Source: an uncultured virus (IMG/VR IMGVR_UViG_3300000956_000008)
Taxonomy: Duplodnaviria; Heunggongvirae; Uroviricota; Caudoviricetes
Virus record (IMG/VR): IMGVR_UViG_3300000956_000008
DNA length: 64,000 bases
Strand: one strand, 5' to 3'
Position 1 is the stretch's first letter, and every line of letters starts with the position of its first letter. Below, one piece after another: positions 35,390 to 45,379 of this stretch. Both the position numbers and the translations under genes were made by a program. Under the pieces are notes generated by a model, which searched no databases, was not told where the DNA came from, and saw only the letters and a program-made list of their open reading frames with translations.

Positions 35390-36853
35390 TTATGCTCCAA
35401 TAGCTCGCCAGAATACCGTGTTTGCACGTCCATACTGGCCGATGGTGAAGCTGGATGTTGTGAAGGAGTGGGCATAGCAACTGTCTCCATCCGCATCAGT
35501 GAAGGAGCCATAGGTGAGTTGAACGTTGAAGATTGTCATAGCTATATGGAGTCCTACAGCAGTCTGCCCACCGTTCCCACCAACAACCGACACATAACCC
35601 CACTGCTCGATAAGACCACTTGGCAGTCTTTGCCATCCGTTTACACCAAGGGCGCTGGAGAAGTCCAAACTACCTGTAGTACCAATCGCGTTCATCGTAG
35701 CAGCGGAGCCAAGGCCAAGACTGTTACGAGCTGCCTGTACGTTTGTTAGGTCATTGAGGTTGTTTGTACGATTCAACCAAGTATTGCTGGCCAGTGTTGC
35801 AGCGGAGCCAAGGCCCAAGTTACTACGTGCCGTTGCCAAGTTAGTCAAACCTGCCAAGTTGTCAGCCTTCAGAAGAATGCTAGAGAGTGCTGTAGTGGCT
35901 GTGGAGGTTAGTCCAAGGTTTGTTCTGGCTAGAGACACGTTAGCCACGTCTGCAAGGTTCTGAGCAGCACGAAGGAAGTACGTCTCTGGTTGTGTAGCTG
36001 TAGATGTTAGTCCAAGGTTGGAACGTGCCAACGCAATATCCGACAAGTCTCCAAGGTTATTCGCAGCTTGGGCAAAGAACCCAATATTCTGAACAGCAGC
36101 AGAGCCAAGGCCAAGGTTTGTGCGAGCTGTTGCGTAGTTTGCGAGTCCAGACAGGTTCCCAGACTTCTTGAGATATACCGAACTAGCTTTCAACGGTGTG
36201 ATAGCTGTAAGGTCATCTGTCCCAGTTTCTGTAATACCTGCTGTTGCAAGCTTTACTACACCAAGTGTGGATTCAGTTGCTTGTGTAAGCAAGCTGCTAA
36301 CTTGGCCAAGACGCACGGCATGTTCTGGTTGTGTAGCAACATCAACAGCAAACACTTGAGACGAACTACCGTTCAACCCAGCAAAGCGAGTATCGCTCTC
36401 AACTTTGGAATAGACAGACAGGTTTGTACGAGCGCCTGCAACGTTTCCAATTCCAGCGAGAGACTGGTAGTTTGTGATGTGTGTGTTCAACGCTGCTTGT
36501 ACAGCAGCAACAGAGCCGAAGTCTTCAAACGCACGTGCCCAGTAGGCGTCGTTCAATACGTTGGAAGGGTCTTTGTTGGTGTTAGTTTGAATACACTTGT
36601 AGATGATACCGTCAGAGCCTTGTGTGTAGCTTAGAAGCCCTTGGTACTCTGTTGTACCATCCCACTCTGGAACACCGTGCTGGCTGAAGTGAGCGATGGC
36701 ACGGTCTTGACGGTTGTCGATCCAGTTTTGATATTCGTATGGTGGAAGTTGAACAACCCAGCCGATGTTGACCTTGGATGCACCCGGATCAATCTTTGTA
36801 CCACCATCAGCCCAGACGTTGCTTAGGCCAAGTGGTTTTGTAATGTTAGCCAT
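35390..36853 (-). CDS. tail fibre protein 2
   Basis: Baseplate-anchoring N-terminus (NWIDNRQD, PEWD), NL..L...ARxNLGL repeats, C-terminal GWQRLPSGLIEQWG. Confidence 0.88.
   Translation of the reverse strand: MANITKPLGLSNVWADGGTKIDPGASKVNIGWVVQLPPYEYQNWIDNRQDRAIAHFSQHGVPEWDGTTEYQGLLSYTQGSDGIIYKCIQTNTNKDPSNVLNDAYWARAFEDFGSVAAVQAALNTHITNYQSLAGIGNVAGARTNLSVYSKVESDTRFAGLNGSSSQVFAVDVATQPEHAVRLGQVSSLLTQATESTLGVVKLATAGITETGTDDLTAITPLKASSVYLKKSGNLSGLANYATARTNLGLGSAAVQNIGFFAQAANNLGDLSDIALARSNLGLTSTATQPETYFLRAAQNLADVANVSLARTNLGLTSTATTALSSILLKADNLAGLTNLATARSNLGLGSAATLASNTWLNRTNNLNDLTNVQAARNSLGLGSAATMNAIGTTGSLDFSSALGVNGWQRLPSGLIEQWGYVSVVGGNGGQTAVGLHIAMTIFNVQLTYGSFTDADGDSCYAHSFTTSSFTIGQYGRANTVFWRAIGA
35681..36175 (-). 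repeat. five tandem 33-codon repeats in tail fibre 2
   Basis: YLKKSGNL.., FAQAANNL.., FLRAAQNL.., ILLKADNL.., WLNRTNNL.., each containing AR[TSN]xLGL. Confidence 0.85.
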
Positions 36854-36893
36854 TTAGTTTCTCCAATAGAAGAAGGGGCCGTAGCCCCTATAA

Positions 36894-37241
36894 TTATTTA
36901 GCGTCTGGAGCTACTGGAGCATCCAATGGGAAACTCTCTGTAGAAGGCCAGTCGCGAAGGCTTACACGATATGCTCGCCAAGCCTTCTGTGTTCCGATTC
37001 CAGTCTCTCCGTCTTGAACTCTGTTGAGCATAACATCTGCACGTGCTAGTTCAGCATTACGAAGGTCACGGGCTTCCTTTTCAAGAGCGGCATTCAACTC
37101 TGCTTCACCAATCTCTGGCTCAGGTGTATTACCTTCTGCCAGCCATTCAAGGTATTGAACATAGTGTCTATTGCCTTGTGCGAATGGAATCCACATTTCA
37201 CTTGGAAGGTGCATAACACCTTCCCCTTTTAGTTTATACAT
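36894..37241 (-). CDS. tail fibre assembly chaperone
   Basis: YLEWLAEGNTP, LRNAELARAD, WRAYRVSLRDWP. Confidence 0.85.
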   Translation of the reverse strand: MYKLKGEGVMHLPSEMWIPFAQGNRHYVQYLEWLAEGNTPEPEIGEAELNAALEKEARDLRNAELARADVMLNRVQDGETGIGTQKAWRAYRVSLRDWPSTESFPLDAPVAPDAK

Positions 37242-37254
37242 AAATTATCTCCTG

Positions 37255-39975
37255 TTAGAGTTCAGCGTCTAGGTTATACAATCTTCCTACGATGGCCACA
37301 GTACCTACAGCAGAGTTCACCATTTCTAGTGTGTACGCAATGTTGTTAATAACGGACACGTTGCCTGTAGAAACGTTAGTGATAGAACCACCAGAGTTTA
37401 GGCTTACTGTTGGGGCTACACGCATTGCGACAGGCAACATACAAGAATTAATCCAAGGCATCGAAGACAGTTGAGCGTAGTATTGTTGAGATTGGGATAC
37501 AAGAGTAAAGTAACGTCTACATTGATTAATCTGGTCTGTAATATCCAGACGCTCAAACTCAGTAGCTTGTGTTCCCAATTCAATCTGCAAATCTGTAACT
37601 TCAATAAAGTTACCAGCAGTCGATCCCCAGTTTGTGGCCCCAGTTGCAGAAATGAAGTTACCAGATTGCCATCCGTTGATAGATGATGTTTGGTATGTGC
37701 CAGTGTTAATTGCACCAATTCGAATCTGTAGTGAAGCGATTGTTGTATTTGGAAGAACAGCATCAGTTGGCACTATAGTTGTCAGTTCAACTCTACGAGG
37801 GGTGTTAGCAACCGCAACAAATGTGGAGACAGAACTCTTAGCACCACCAGAGTCTGCCAACGACACAGAATATGTACCACTCACGTTTGTATTGAAGATG
37901 AAGGAAGCAACCATTGGCTTACCTACAAAATCGTAACAGTTAAGCCCTTCAATCAACTGGTTAATACCTCCCCAGTAGTTAGAGCCTGTAGAGTTAGCAA
38001 TAGCCGTTACAACTTGGTGACGAACAGCAAGTTTAGCAACACCGTCAACTGTCATGGTTGTACGCGACTGTGTGAAAGAGCCTCCAGCAGATGTACTGTT
38101 TGTAGCTCTGAATCGATCGACACCCCCATAAACAACAGCACCTGCGTTAGCTGTCACGGTTACTCTCTGAGATACACGGCAATCACCATTGATGATACGG
38201 TTACGGCCAGATACAAACTGGAGCTTATCTTCAAGTGCAGCAACTGCTACAGAAGCATCGTCTTGCGATAGTTCAGAAGCACCACCAATCAACTTGATTA
38301 CGAACACACCAGTTACGTTAACTGGACGGGATTCTACACCACCAGAGTTGGCAATAATAGGGGAGCTACTAACATCTGCATACCCTGTACCAGCAGAGCC
38401 GACACTACCTGCTGCTGTAGACGGGTAGATGTTTCTAACTGGAGGGCTATTAGACCATCCGTGTGTGTGGCTAAGGTTATCAGAAGCTTGGAAGTTACCA
38501 GCAACACCTGTAGAGTTTGTACCATCACCACGAAGGAATGGAGCAGCAGTTGTGCCAGCAGTCTTACCGTTCAAGTCTGGAATACGGAAGGTTGTAGAAC
38601 CGTCTCCAGTAGTGTAGCAACCACGGCTTGTAGATGTTGCCAACCATGTTGCATCAGAAACTACAGGAAGGATTCCAGAGTTAACACCAGCAAATGCAGC
38701 TTGATAAGTTGTACGTGTCAACAGTTGTCCATCAGCAGGAATGTATCCAGCAGGAATGGAAGCACGGTTAGGCCACCAAAGTACAGTGTACAGTGGAGTA
38801 CCACCACCAATACCAGCCCATGCACCGTTCTGGTATCCTTCAAATTCGTTCGTTTCGTTGTTGTAACGAAGCATACCGTTTGCAGGAGACGCAGTACGTT
38901 GAGCAGATGTACCAGCAGGAAGTGCAGCAGAACCAGTGGCACTATCTTTATCAACTACAGATAGTGTGATGTTCGCTGTACCGTTAAAAGAAACACCTTG
39001 AATTGTACGAGCTGTTTCCAAAGCTGTTGCTGTAGAAGCGTTCTTACCTGTCAGTGTCGCTGGAAGACGGGCCAAGGCCAGAAGTCCAGTTGTCAAGTTG
39101 GCAGCGTCGTCAGCACCAATTGTACCACGAACAGTTACGGCATCAGCGTCGTCCAAGATGGAACGTGCGAATACTGTCAAAGGTGTTTGAGCAAAGGTGT
39201 CAGTACCTGTGGAGTACGCAAGTTGGTTTGCACCAGTTGCCAACCCAGCGAGTGCTGTCAGTGTTGCGTCCAATGGCTGACGAGTGTTAAGCCCATTAGT
39301 CAGTGCTGTATCAGACTCTGTTGTACTGTAAACACCAAGAGTTGCACGCATAGCAGCAGCGTCAGCATCATCCAATAGAGAGCGAGCAAAGCCAGTGAAG
39401 GTTGTAACAGCCATGTTACCAGAGCCAGTGAAGTATGGCAGGTTGTTGGCAGAGCCAGACACGCTAGACAAACCAGTAAGGTTGGCATGAGACACTTGAG
39501 CAGCAATCAAAGTACGAGCAGCAGCAGCGTCAGCTACGTTAAGAACACTACGTCCGTAGGCTGTTGTAGCTGTGTTTTGTGCAACTCCAGTTCCATCAAT
39601 ATATGGCATTGTGTTGTTGGACACAGAAAGGGCTTTAAGCAGCTCTAGGTATGGAGCAGACTCTACAAAAGCTTTTACCCAGCTTGTCAGTGCAATTGGG
39701 TCAGAGTTTGTGCTTGTGGCAGTGGCACGATAGACAATGCCGTTACGTTGTACATAAGACTTGTTGATGATGTATTCGGTTGTGGCATCCCATTCAGGGA
39801 AACCCTTTTGAAGCATGTAGGCAATGTTGTTGTCTTGACGGTTTTCGAACCAGTTCCACCATTGACGAGGAACAACTTCAACACCCCAACCTGCTCTTAC
39901 TTTAACAGAGTCTGGGGCAACTACGTCGCCAGCGACGGCCCAAATGTCCGTCATGTCATATTTAATCAGGTCCAT
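37255..39975 (-). CDS. tail fibre protein 1 with collar domain
   Basis: N-terminus paralogous to fibre 2; collar GYIPADGQ...GDGSTTFRIPDL; RNRIINGD C-terminal domain. Confidence 0.9.
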   Translation of the reverse strand: MDLIKYDMTDIWAVAGDVVAPDSVKVRAGWGVEVVPRQWWNWFENRQDNNIAYMLQKGFPEWDATTEYIINKSYVQRNGIVYRATATSTNSDPIALTSWVKAFVESAPYLELLKALSVSNNTMPYIDGTGVAQNTATTAYGRSVLNVADAAAARTLIAAQVSHANLTGLSSVSGSANNLPYFTGSGNMAVTTFTGFARSLLDDADAAAMRATLGVYSTTESDTALTNGLNTRQPLDATLTALAGLATGANQLAYSTGTDTFAQTPLTVFARSILDDADAVTVRGTIGADDAANLTTGLLALARLPATLTGKNASTATALETARTIQGVSFNGTANITLSVVDKDSATGSAALPAGTSAQRTASPANGMLRYNNETNEFEGYQNGAWAGIGGGTPLYTVLWWPNRASIPAGYIPADGQLLTRTTYQAAFAGVNSGILPVVSDATWLATSTSRGCYTTGDGSTTFRIPDLNGKTAGTTAAPFLRGDGTNSTGVAGNFQASDNLSHTHGWSNSPPVRNIYPSTAAGSVGSAGTGYADVSSSPIIANSGGVESRPVNVTGVFVIKLIGGASELSQDDASVAVAALEDKLQFVSGRNRIINGDCRVSQRVTVTANAGAVVYGGVDRFRATNSTSAGGSFTQSRTTMTVDGVAKLAVRHQVVTAIANSTGSNYWGGINQLIEGLNCYDFVGKPMVASFIFNTNVSGTYSVSLADSGGAKSSVSTFVAVANTPRRVELTTIVPTDAVLPNTTIASLQIRIGAINTGTYQTSSINGWQSGNFISATGATNWGSTAGNFIEVTDLQIELGTQATEFERLDITDQINQCRRYFTLVSQSQQYYAQLSSMPWINSCMLPVAMRVAPTVSLNSGGSITNVSTGNVSVINNIAYTLEMVNSAVGTVAIVGRLYNLDAEL

Positions 39976-39985
39976 ATTAATTCCT

Positions 39986-40720
39986 TTATGTAATTAGGTT
40001 AGAGAGGAATCCACCTTGAGATGGATCATTCAAATCACCAGTACCAACGGCACCGGGAAATCCATCAGTGGCGAATACCCTTCCTGCTTGGAACTCAGAG
40101 TACACATAAGATACGCCGGCAGGCTTTGGGAGTAACTGACCAGCACCACCAAGGTCGAACAGTAGCCCGCGTTCTACGTTGGTTAGGATTTTACCAATAC
40201 CAATACGCACTTCGGCTGGAGCCAACTCTTCAATCGTAACTTGGGAAGCACCGAACAAAAACTTGTAAGCGGCGATAACGTCCTCTGGTCTTGCGAGTGT
40301 TCGGTTCTTGATGATCTTCGCTTTGAGGATCAATCTGTATTCTTCGTCGCTTGGTGGTCGGCTAATACCAACTGGAGCGTCGAGAGAGTACCACTGCCCA
40401 CCAACGGTAGGGTCAGTTGTGGAAGAGAAGGATTCACCTTGTGGGGAGCCTTCAAATCCGAAGTAGTAGAAGATATCAGATGTTACAAGACCGCGAGGGC
40501 GTCCTACAATATCTCCGATAACGTCAAGTTGAGCACCCACAGCAGTGTCCAAAGAACGGAGCTGCATAGTGTCTCTAATGATTTCTTGCAACTCAACTTT
40601 ACCCGAGAGCAGGAGTTGCAGATACTTGTCATAAATTCGTTTGTTCTTGAACTGTTCTGTGACACGCGAACGTGCCACATTCAGGAACTCTTCTTCAACA
40701 AAGGGATTGAGTTCAGACAC
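39986..40720 (-). CDS. baseplate wedge protein (DUF2612-type)
   Basis: LDTAVGAQLDVIGDIVG, DEEYRLILKAKI, LPKPAGV. Confidence 0.85.
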   Translation of the reverse strand: MSELNPFVEEEFLNVARSRVTEQFKNKRIYDKYLQLLLSGKVELQEIIRDTMQLRSLDTAVGAQLDVIGDIVGRPRGLVTSDIFYYFGFEGSPQGESFSSTTDPTVGGQWYSLDAPVGISRPPSDEEYRLILKAKIIKNRTLARPEDVIAAYKFLFGASQVTIEELAPAEVRIGIGKILTNVERGLLFDLGGAGQLLPKPAGVSYVYSEFQAGRVFATDGFPGAVGTGDLNDPSQGGFLSNLIT

Positions 40721-40731
40721 AAATCCTCCGA

Positions 40732-42189
40732 TTATACAGGTGTGACGATAATGTTTTCAGCAGAGATTGTAGCAACCTGATCGAAGTCGATTGTGATGTT
40801 GGTTGTCCCTGTTGGGCTTGGTGCTGTTCCAATGAACAAAGAATTTACAGCGAAACCACCAACACTGTTGATTGGCGTGTAGAGACGAGAGTAAACTACG
40901 TCAGTTCCAATGAACAAAGTTGCATCCGAGTAGTTGACCAGATTCTGTTTAATCTGAGCCCCTGCATCACCCGGCATCCCACCAAGGTCTTCAATCTCCA
41001 TTGTAATGTAGATTGGAACCTCATCTGGCTGTCTGTAAGAAATATTGTGAAGGAATCCTTGGCTGTCAGCAATCTGAACGGTTGTGTTTCCTACAGATGG
41101 AATACCTGTTGGCTTGTTCTCCCAGATAGATTGTCCAATGTCAGATGGAAGGCCACCCAGAACAATTGGCAAGAAGCTATGAGCCGGAACACCCAGAGCA
41201 TCCACAGTGTCAGTATCGTTCTCATAAACAACAACGTCAGTAACGCCTGCGACGTTTCTTAGAGCGTCGAGGATACCTTCTACGATGTTTTGAGATTGGA
41301 AGAATTTGCTGTTGCGGAAACGTTCACGAAGCTCTTCATCTGTCTCAGTCAAACGTCCTGTAGTCGCAGCCACAGGGTTAATAACAGTATCCCATCCAGC
41401 GATGGGTACAGAGATTGTGTCGATTGCCAGAGCTTCTTGCGGGAAGGGTCCAACCACATCGTCAATAACGATGCCAAGCTTTCTAACCTTCTGTACCTGC
41501 AAGCTCACACTCACATCGAAGTCAGCTACTTGGAAAGGATCAGTTCTAGTAATGTATAGTCTACCATCACTTTGGTAAGTTGTAAAGGTGGCAGAGAACA
41601 AATCTTCAACTTTTTGTTGCACTCCGTCAAGAATCACTTGGGTAGTTGTTCCAGACGCTGGCGATGTGTACTCAGCATCAAGGAAGTTTACACCATCCGT
41701 GCTGTAGCTGAATCTGTACACTGTGCTATCCGCAACGATAGTTGGATAAACACCAACACCAGAGGCAGACAGCAGATTAAGTGTCACAGGGTTCAGAATG
41801 GAGAATACACGCTGGGTACTGGAACTATAAGCTTTACCTTGTGGGGAGCTTACGATAGTGTTCAAACTACCTTCAAGGATTACTTGAGCGCGTGTTGCTT
41901 GTGCTGGAAGGCGTGTAATACCGCTCAGGGCGATGATGTTATCCAGTGCCACACCGATAGCAGTTGTTGGGTTAAAGCTGTCAAAGACCTGTTGTAGCGC
42001 CTCCCAGAGGGATGCCTCGGCAGGAGCGATAACACCGATCATACGACCAAGGGCACCGTTGTCAGTTACGTCAACAACGTCACCAGCAGGAACCAAGTCA
42101 GAGAAGATGGATGCAGCAGTTGTCTTGTAATCTGTCAGAACGTCATCCAGCGTTTTGATTTCAAGACCTTGGCGAGAAAGACCGGCCAT
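40732..42189 (-). CDS. baseplate J-like protein
   Basis: A.GVALD, ETDEELRER, VYENDT, KPTGI. Confidence 0.9.
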   Translation of the reverse strand: MAGLSRQGLEIKTLDDVLTDYKTTAASIFSDLVPAGDVVDVTDNGALGRMIGVIAPAEASLWEALQQVFDSFNPTTAIGVALDNIIALSGITRLPAQATRAQVILEGSLNTIVSSPQGKAYSSSTQRVFSILNPVTLNLLSASGVGVYPTIVADSTVYRFSYSTDGVNFLDAEYTSPASGTTTQVILDGVQQKVEDLFSATFTTYQSDGRLYITRTDPFQVADFDVSVSLQVQKVRKLGIVIDDVVGPFPQEALAIDTISVPIAGWDTVINPVAATTGRLTETDEELRERFRNSKFFQSQNIVEGILDALRNVAGVTDVVVYENDTDTVDALGVPAHSFLPIVLGGLPSDIGQSIWENKPTGIPSVGNTTVQIADSQGFLHNISYRQPDEVPIYITMEIEDLGGMPGDAGAQIKQNLVNYSDATLFIGTDVVYSRLYTPINSVGGFAVNSLFIGTAPSPTGTTNITIDFDQVATISAENIIVTPV

Positions 42190-42557
42190 TAAGAACCTCC
42201 GATAGAAAGTGTGATTGGCAGGGATTCTGTGTTGTCAGCAACCCTTACCGAGAATGTCATTGTGTAACCACGCTGTGGACTGATGCTAGAAGTGAAACTC
42301 AAGATTTCGATAACACCCGGATCAGCAGAAATGATTCCTTGGAAAATCAAATCAACCGTACTCTTCTTACTCACCTTGGTGAAGATTTGTTGGATGTATG
42401 GAACACCAATCGTATCGTCCAAGAACCACTCACCGTAGAATGTGTAAAGCGTGATACGCAGACGCTGGGCAACAACGTCTGCTTGTAGTTGTGTAACTGG
42501 ACATTGACCATTGATGAATACAAGGTCGCCAGTGTCTGTGTTAAGTAGCAAGTCCAT
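42189..42557 (-). CDS. baseplate wedge / sheath initiator (gp25-like)
   Basis: AQRLRITL.TFYGEWFLD...GVPY. Confidence 0.8.
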   Translation of the reverse strand: MDLLLNTDTGDLVFINGQCPVTQLQADVVAQRLRITLYTFYGEWFLDDTIGVPYIQQIFTKVSKKSTVDLIFQGIISADPGVIEILSFTSSISPQRGYTMTFSVRVADNTESLPITLSIGGS

Positions 42558-42566
42558 TGTGTCTCC

Positions 42567-43346
42567 TTACGCTGTAGCGATGCCAGAAGTACCAGACCCC
42601 GGAGTAACGCCCAAGTGTTTGTGGGTAGCGAAGTCGATACCGTTGAAGGTTGCAACGCCAGTCATTGTGTAGTTGCCTGTCTGGTTGTAGTTTCCGCTTT
42701 GGATAATATCTCCAACCCAGTTTGTGGTATCAGCGTTGATGTTCATTGTTGGGGTATTGATTGTATAAGACTCAGTGGCGTTCATCACACCAGTCTTGCA
42801 GTTGATTGTCACAGCCATTTCAGTGTTGATGATCATGTCACCAGACTGTTTAAGCATGATGTTTACTTCTGTGCCAGAGCCAATGTTATGGGCGATACAC
42901 AGATCACGGTTGGAGTCGTGTGCAAACTTACGTGTCTGTGGGTTGTTCAAACTCTTACCGAAGGGGAACAAGCCGGGAATGGCGACAGCATCTTGGTCAC
43001 TGAACTTACGATAGTCGTTTGCTGTTGTGGGCTCTCCGTTACCGATCTTGAAGTTGTCCATAGATCGTTGGGAGAAGATACACATTACAGTGTCACCCGG
43101 ATTAATTGGGAAGCTGATCAGTGTTGCAGAACTACCCGGAAAGATAATTGGGACACCAAGGATTTGCATACCCGGTTCACCAGAGCCATCTTTCATCAGG
43201 TTGTCAATCGAAGGAAGAACATCCACCTTCTGTTGTTGGTTGTTGCTATAGACATTAACCACTTTACAAGGAATGGCTGTATGGATATCTGCCATGTCAA
43301 TCTTGTGTTGTGTTCGGATAATGTCCATCAAATCTTCAAAAATCAT
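42567..43346 (-). CDS. baseplate central spike (Gp138-like)
   Basis: HTAIPCKVV, GD..MCIFSQRSMD, C-terminal HKH iron-binding tip. Confidence 0.85.
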   Translation of the reverse strand: MIFEDLMDIIRTQHKIDMADIHTAIPCKVVNVYSNNQQQKVDVLPSIDNLMKDGSGEPGMQILGVPIIFPGSSATLISFPINPGDTVMCIFSQRSMDNFKIGNGEPTTANDYRKFSDQDAVAIPGLFPFGKSLNNPQTRKFAHDSNRDLCIAHNIGSGTEVNIMLKQSGDMIINTEMAVTINCKTGVMNATESYTINTPTMNINADTTNWVGDIIQSGNYNQTGNYTMTGVATFNGIDFATHKHLGVTPGSGTSGIATA

Positions 43347-44266
43347 ACCAAGTCCTCCGCTTGAATTTCAGAACAGAAGCACTCGACATACCAGTCATTC
43401 CCACGGAAGTCTCCAGAGAATCGGGCAGTATTCACACGATAAAATCCAGTGATCCATTTAGACTCAAGCTTCACGATTTTACCGGGAACAATGTCAGTGT
43501 TCAGCAATGCTCTAAACTGTACGCCACGACGACGCTTCTTATCCTTCTTAGGCTTACGCCCTGTTTCAGACGTATAGAATGGAAGGTCAATCAATCCTGT
43601 GTGTTCATTCAGAACAGGGGCTAGTTGTGTATCCTTGGTCAGAAGTCCGTTCTCTTCCGAGACGTTCAGTACACCAGCATTGATGTTGTATTCTAAGTTG
43701 TTTGCCTCGCAAAGCTTCATCAGCATTTCACGTGGGCTTCCTTTCAAACGCCAGCCGAATACGATTGGGTTATTCAGGTTTGTTCCAGTGTAAGCACCAC
43801 GACTAACACCCGGCATCTGTTCACGAATCTCTTCAAGCACATCACCCACTGTCTTACCGGGGCTCACCATTTTAGAAAGTTGTTCATGGTTGAGTGCTGT
43901 ATATCCTTCTCCGATTCTCAGTTGTGTGATGTAGTCGTTACCACTCTTCACTGTAGAAGTTTCAGTCACGTTGCCCACAACGATTGTGTGAGCACCGGAA
44001 TCTCTGTAACCAACAGAGAACTCTACCTCAAGGTAGTCGCTCTCAAGGAGTTGAATCTGGGAGTCGGATAGATTGTAAATCTCGATTGCAGCCGAGTTGC
44101 CGTTGTTACGTTTGTTGTCAGCACTCTTGGAAACATCGAAAGTGATTTGCCAAACGTTGTCATAAAGATTGCCGTCACCATCCCTAAGAGGGTGTTCAAT
44201 CAACAGGCCATTACCTGTTTGGTAATCTCCAATTTTCAAGGAGAATACTCTATCCTTCTGTGCCAT
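43343..44266 (-). CDS. baseplate hub protein
   Basis: IEIYNLS, VGY, GDFRGNDWY; synteny. Confidence 0.75.
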   Translation of the reverse strand: MAQKDRVFSLKIGDYQTGNGLLIEHPLRDGDGNLYDNVWQITFDVSKSADNKRNNGNSAAIEIYNLSDSQIQLLESDYLEVEFSVGYRDSGAHTIVVGNVTETSTVKSGNDYITQLRIGEGYTALNHEQLSKMVSPGKTVGDVLEEIREQMPGVSRGAYTGTNLNNPIVFGWRLKGSPREMLMKLCEANNLEYNINAGVLNVSEENGLLTKDTQLAPVLNEHTGLIDLPFYTSETGRKPKKDKKRRRGVQFRALLNTDIVPGKIVKLESKWITGFYRVNTARFSGDFRGNDWYVECFCSEIQAEDLV

Positions 44267-44269
44267 ATA

Positions 44270-44611
44270 TCACTCCGTATTGTAGACGTAAAAGAGATTG
44301 AAGAACTCAGGCATGATGCTGGATTCTTCAGTAATTTTGCTGGAGATAGTGGCGTTAACTGGAAGCAACAGGAAGTAACCAGTTAGGCCAACGTCTTCCA
44401 AGTTGTAGTCAACTGCCATTGGGTATTGAGGAACCAGTGCGTAGCCCAGCAATACTGGCGTCTGGTCTTCTTTCCTCATATCCATGTGCCACTGAGAGCA
44501 TCTTGTATTCCAGTAGAATGTGAACTGCAAAGACTGGCCCTCAAGAGCCAGTCCGTAGCGGTACTTCAAATCAGAATACAGAGGCATTTCAATAGATACT
44601 GTAGTAGTCAT
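44270..44611 (-). CDS. baseplate protein
   Basis: L.G......F.WN.R...W; synteny. Confidence 0.65.
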   Translation of the reverse strand: MTTTVSIEMPLYSDLKYRYGLALEGQSLQFTFYWNTRCSQWHMDMRKEDQTPVLLGYALVPQYPMAVDYNLEDVGLTGYFLLLPVNATISSKITEESSIMPEFFNLFYVYNTE

Positions 44612-44626
44612 TGTTTATCCTCTTAG

Positions 44627-45379
44627 TTAGGCGCCTGTAGGAGCCTTCCACGAACTGCTCGATTCTTTAGTGTATGTTTTAGGTGTATGGTCAGGTGCAG
44701 CCTGAGCTTGAGCACCAGTCTTCTTGGTGATGCTGCCAGTCTTGCGACCTTTGTTGGAGGTCTTCACCTTAACACTGATTTCTTGCAAGTCTGTGAAAGT
44801 CACTTGCTCAATTGTCATCTGCGGGAACACACCTTCACCAGTTGATTCATCTTCTCTAAATGTGATGTTAGTGAAGACACAGGGACTGAATTCCTCAACA
44901 ACAGAGTTGTCGATAATGTCCAGCACTTGGAACTCTTCACGTGTACGCCACATATCAATCAGGTTGAACTTTACAGCAAGTGCTGTCTTCGCTTTCTCTT
45001 GTGGAGTTACGAAAGCAGTGGGAATCGAGTCTTTAGTAAACTGTGCAATCACCTCTGGCAGAATTCTGTTAATGCTAGAAGTTTCATTAATAGATACTGG
45101 GTATACAGTTTGAGTGTTGTTCGTGTATTGTTTGTTCTTGGAGATTGCCTTACCGTCAGCACCCTTAACCTCAATCAATTGTCGAGAGATATTAAAGTCT
45201 GCATCAGAGAAAATCCCCGAGATATTCAGGATGACGTTATCAATGGTTGTGTGGTCAGAAACATACCCGCCAGAAGAGACGGGATGTTTCGTTACAGACG
45301 CAGAGTATGTTGTATCATACTGTGTGATTGCGTCAAACCAGATAATGTCTCCGTTAGCTCTACGGAGTACGATAGCCAT
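44627..45379 (-). CDS. baseplate/tail-tube initiator protein
   Basis: FDA...VTKHPV.SG..VSDH; follows tape measure. Confidence 0.7.
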   Translation of the reverse strand: MAIVLRRANGDIIWFDAITQYDTTYSASVTKHPVSSGGYVSDHTTIDNVILNISGIFSDADFNISRQLIEVKGADGKAISKNKQYTNNTQTVYPVSINETSSINRILPEVIAQFTKDSIPTAFVTPQEKAKTALAVKFNLIDMWRTREEFQVLDIIDNSVVEEFSPCVFTNITFREDESTGEGVFPQMTIEQVTFTDLQEISVKVKTSNKGRKTGSITKKTGAQAQAAPDHTPKTYTKESSSSWKAPTGA

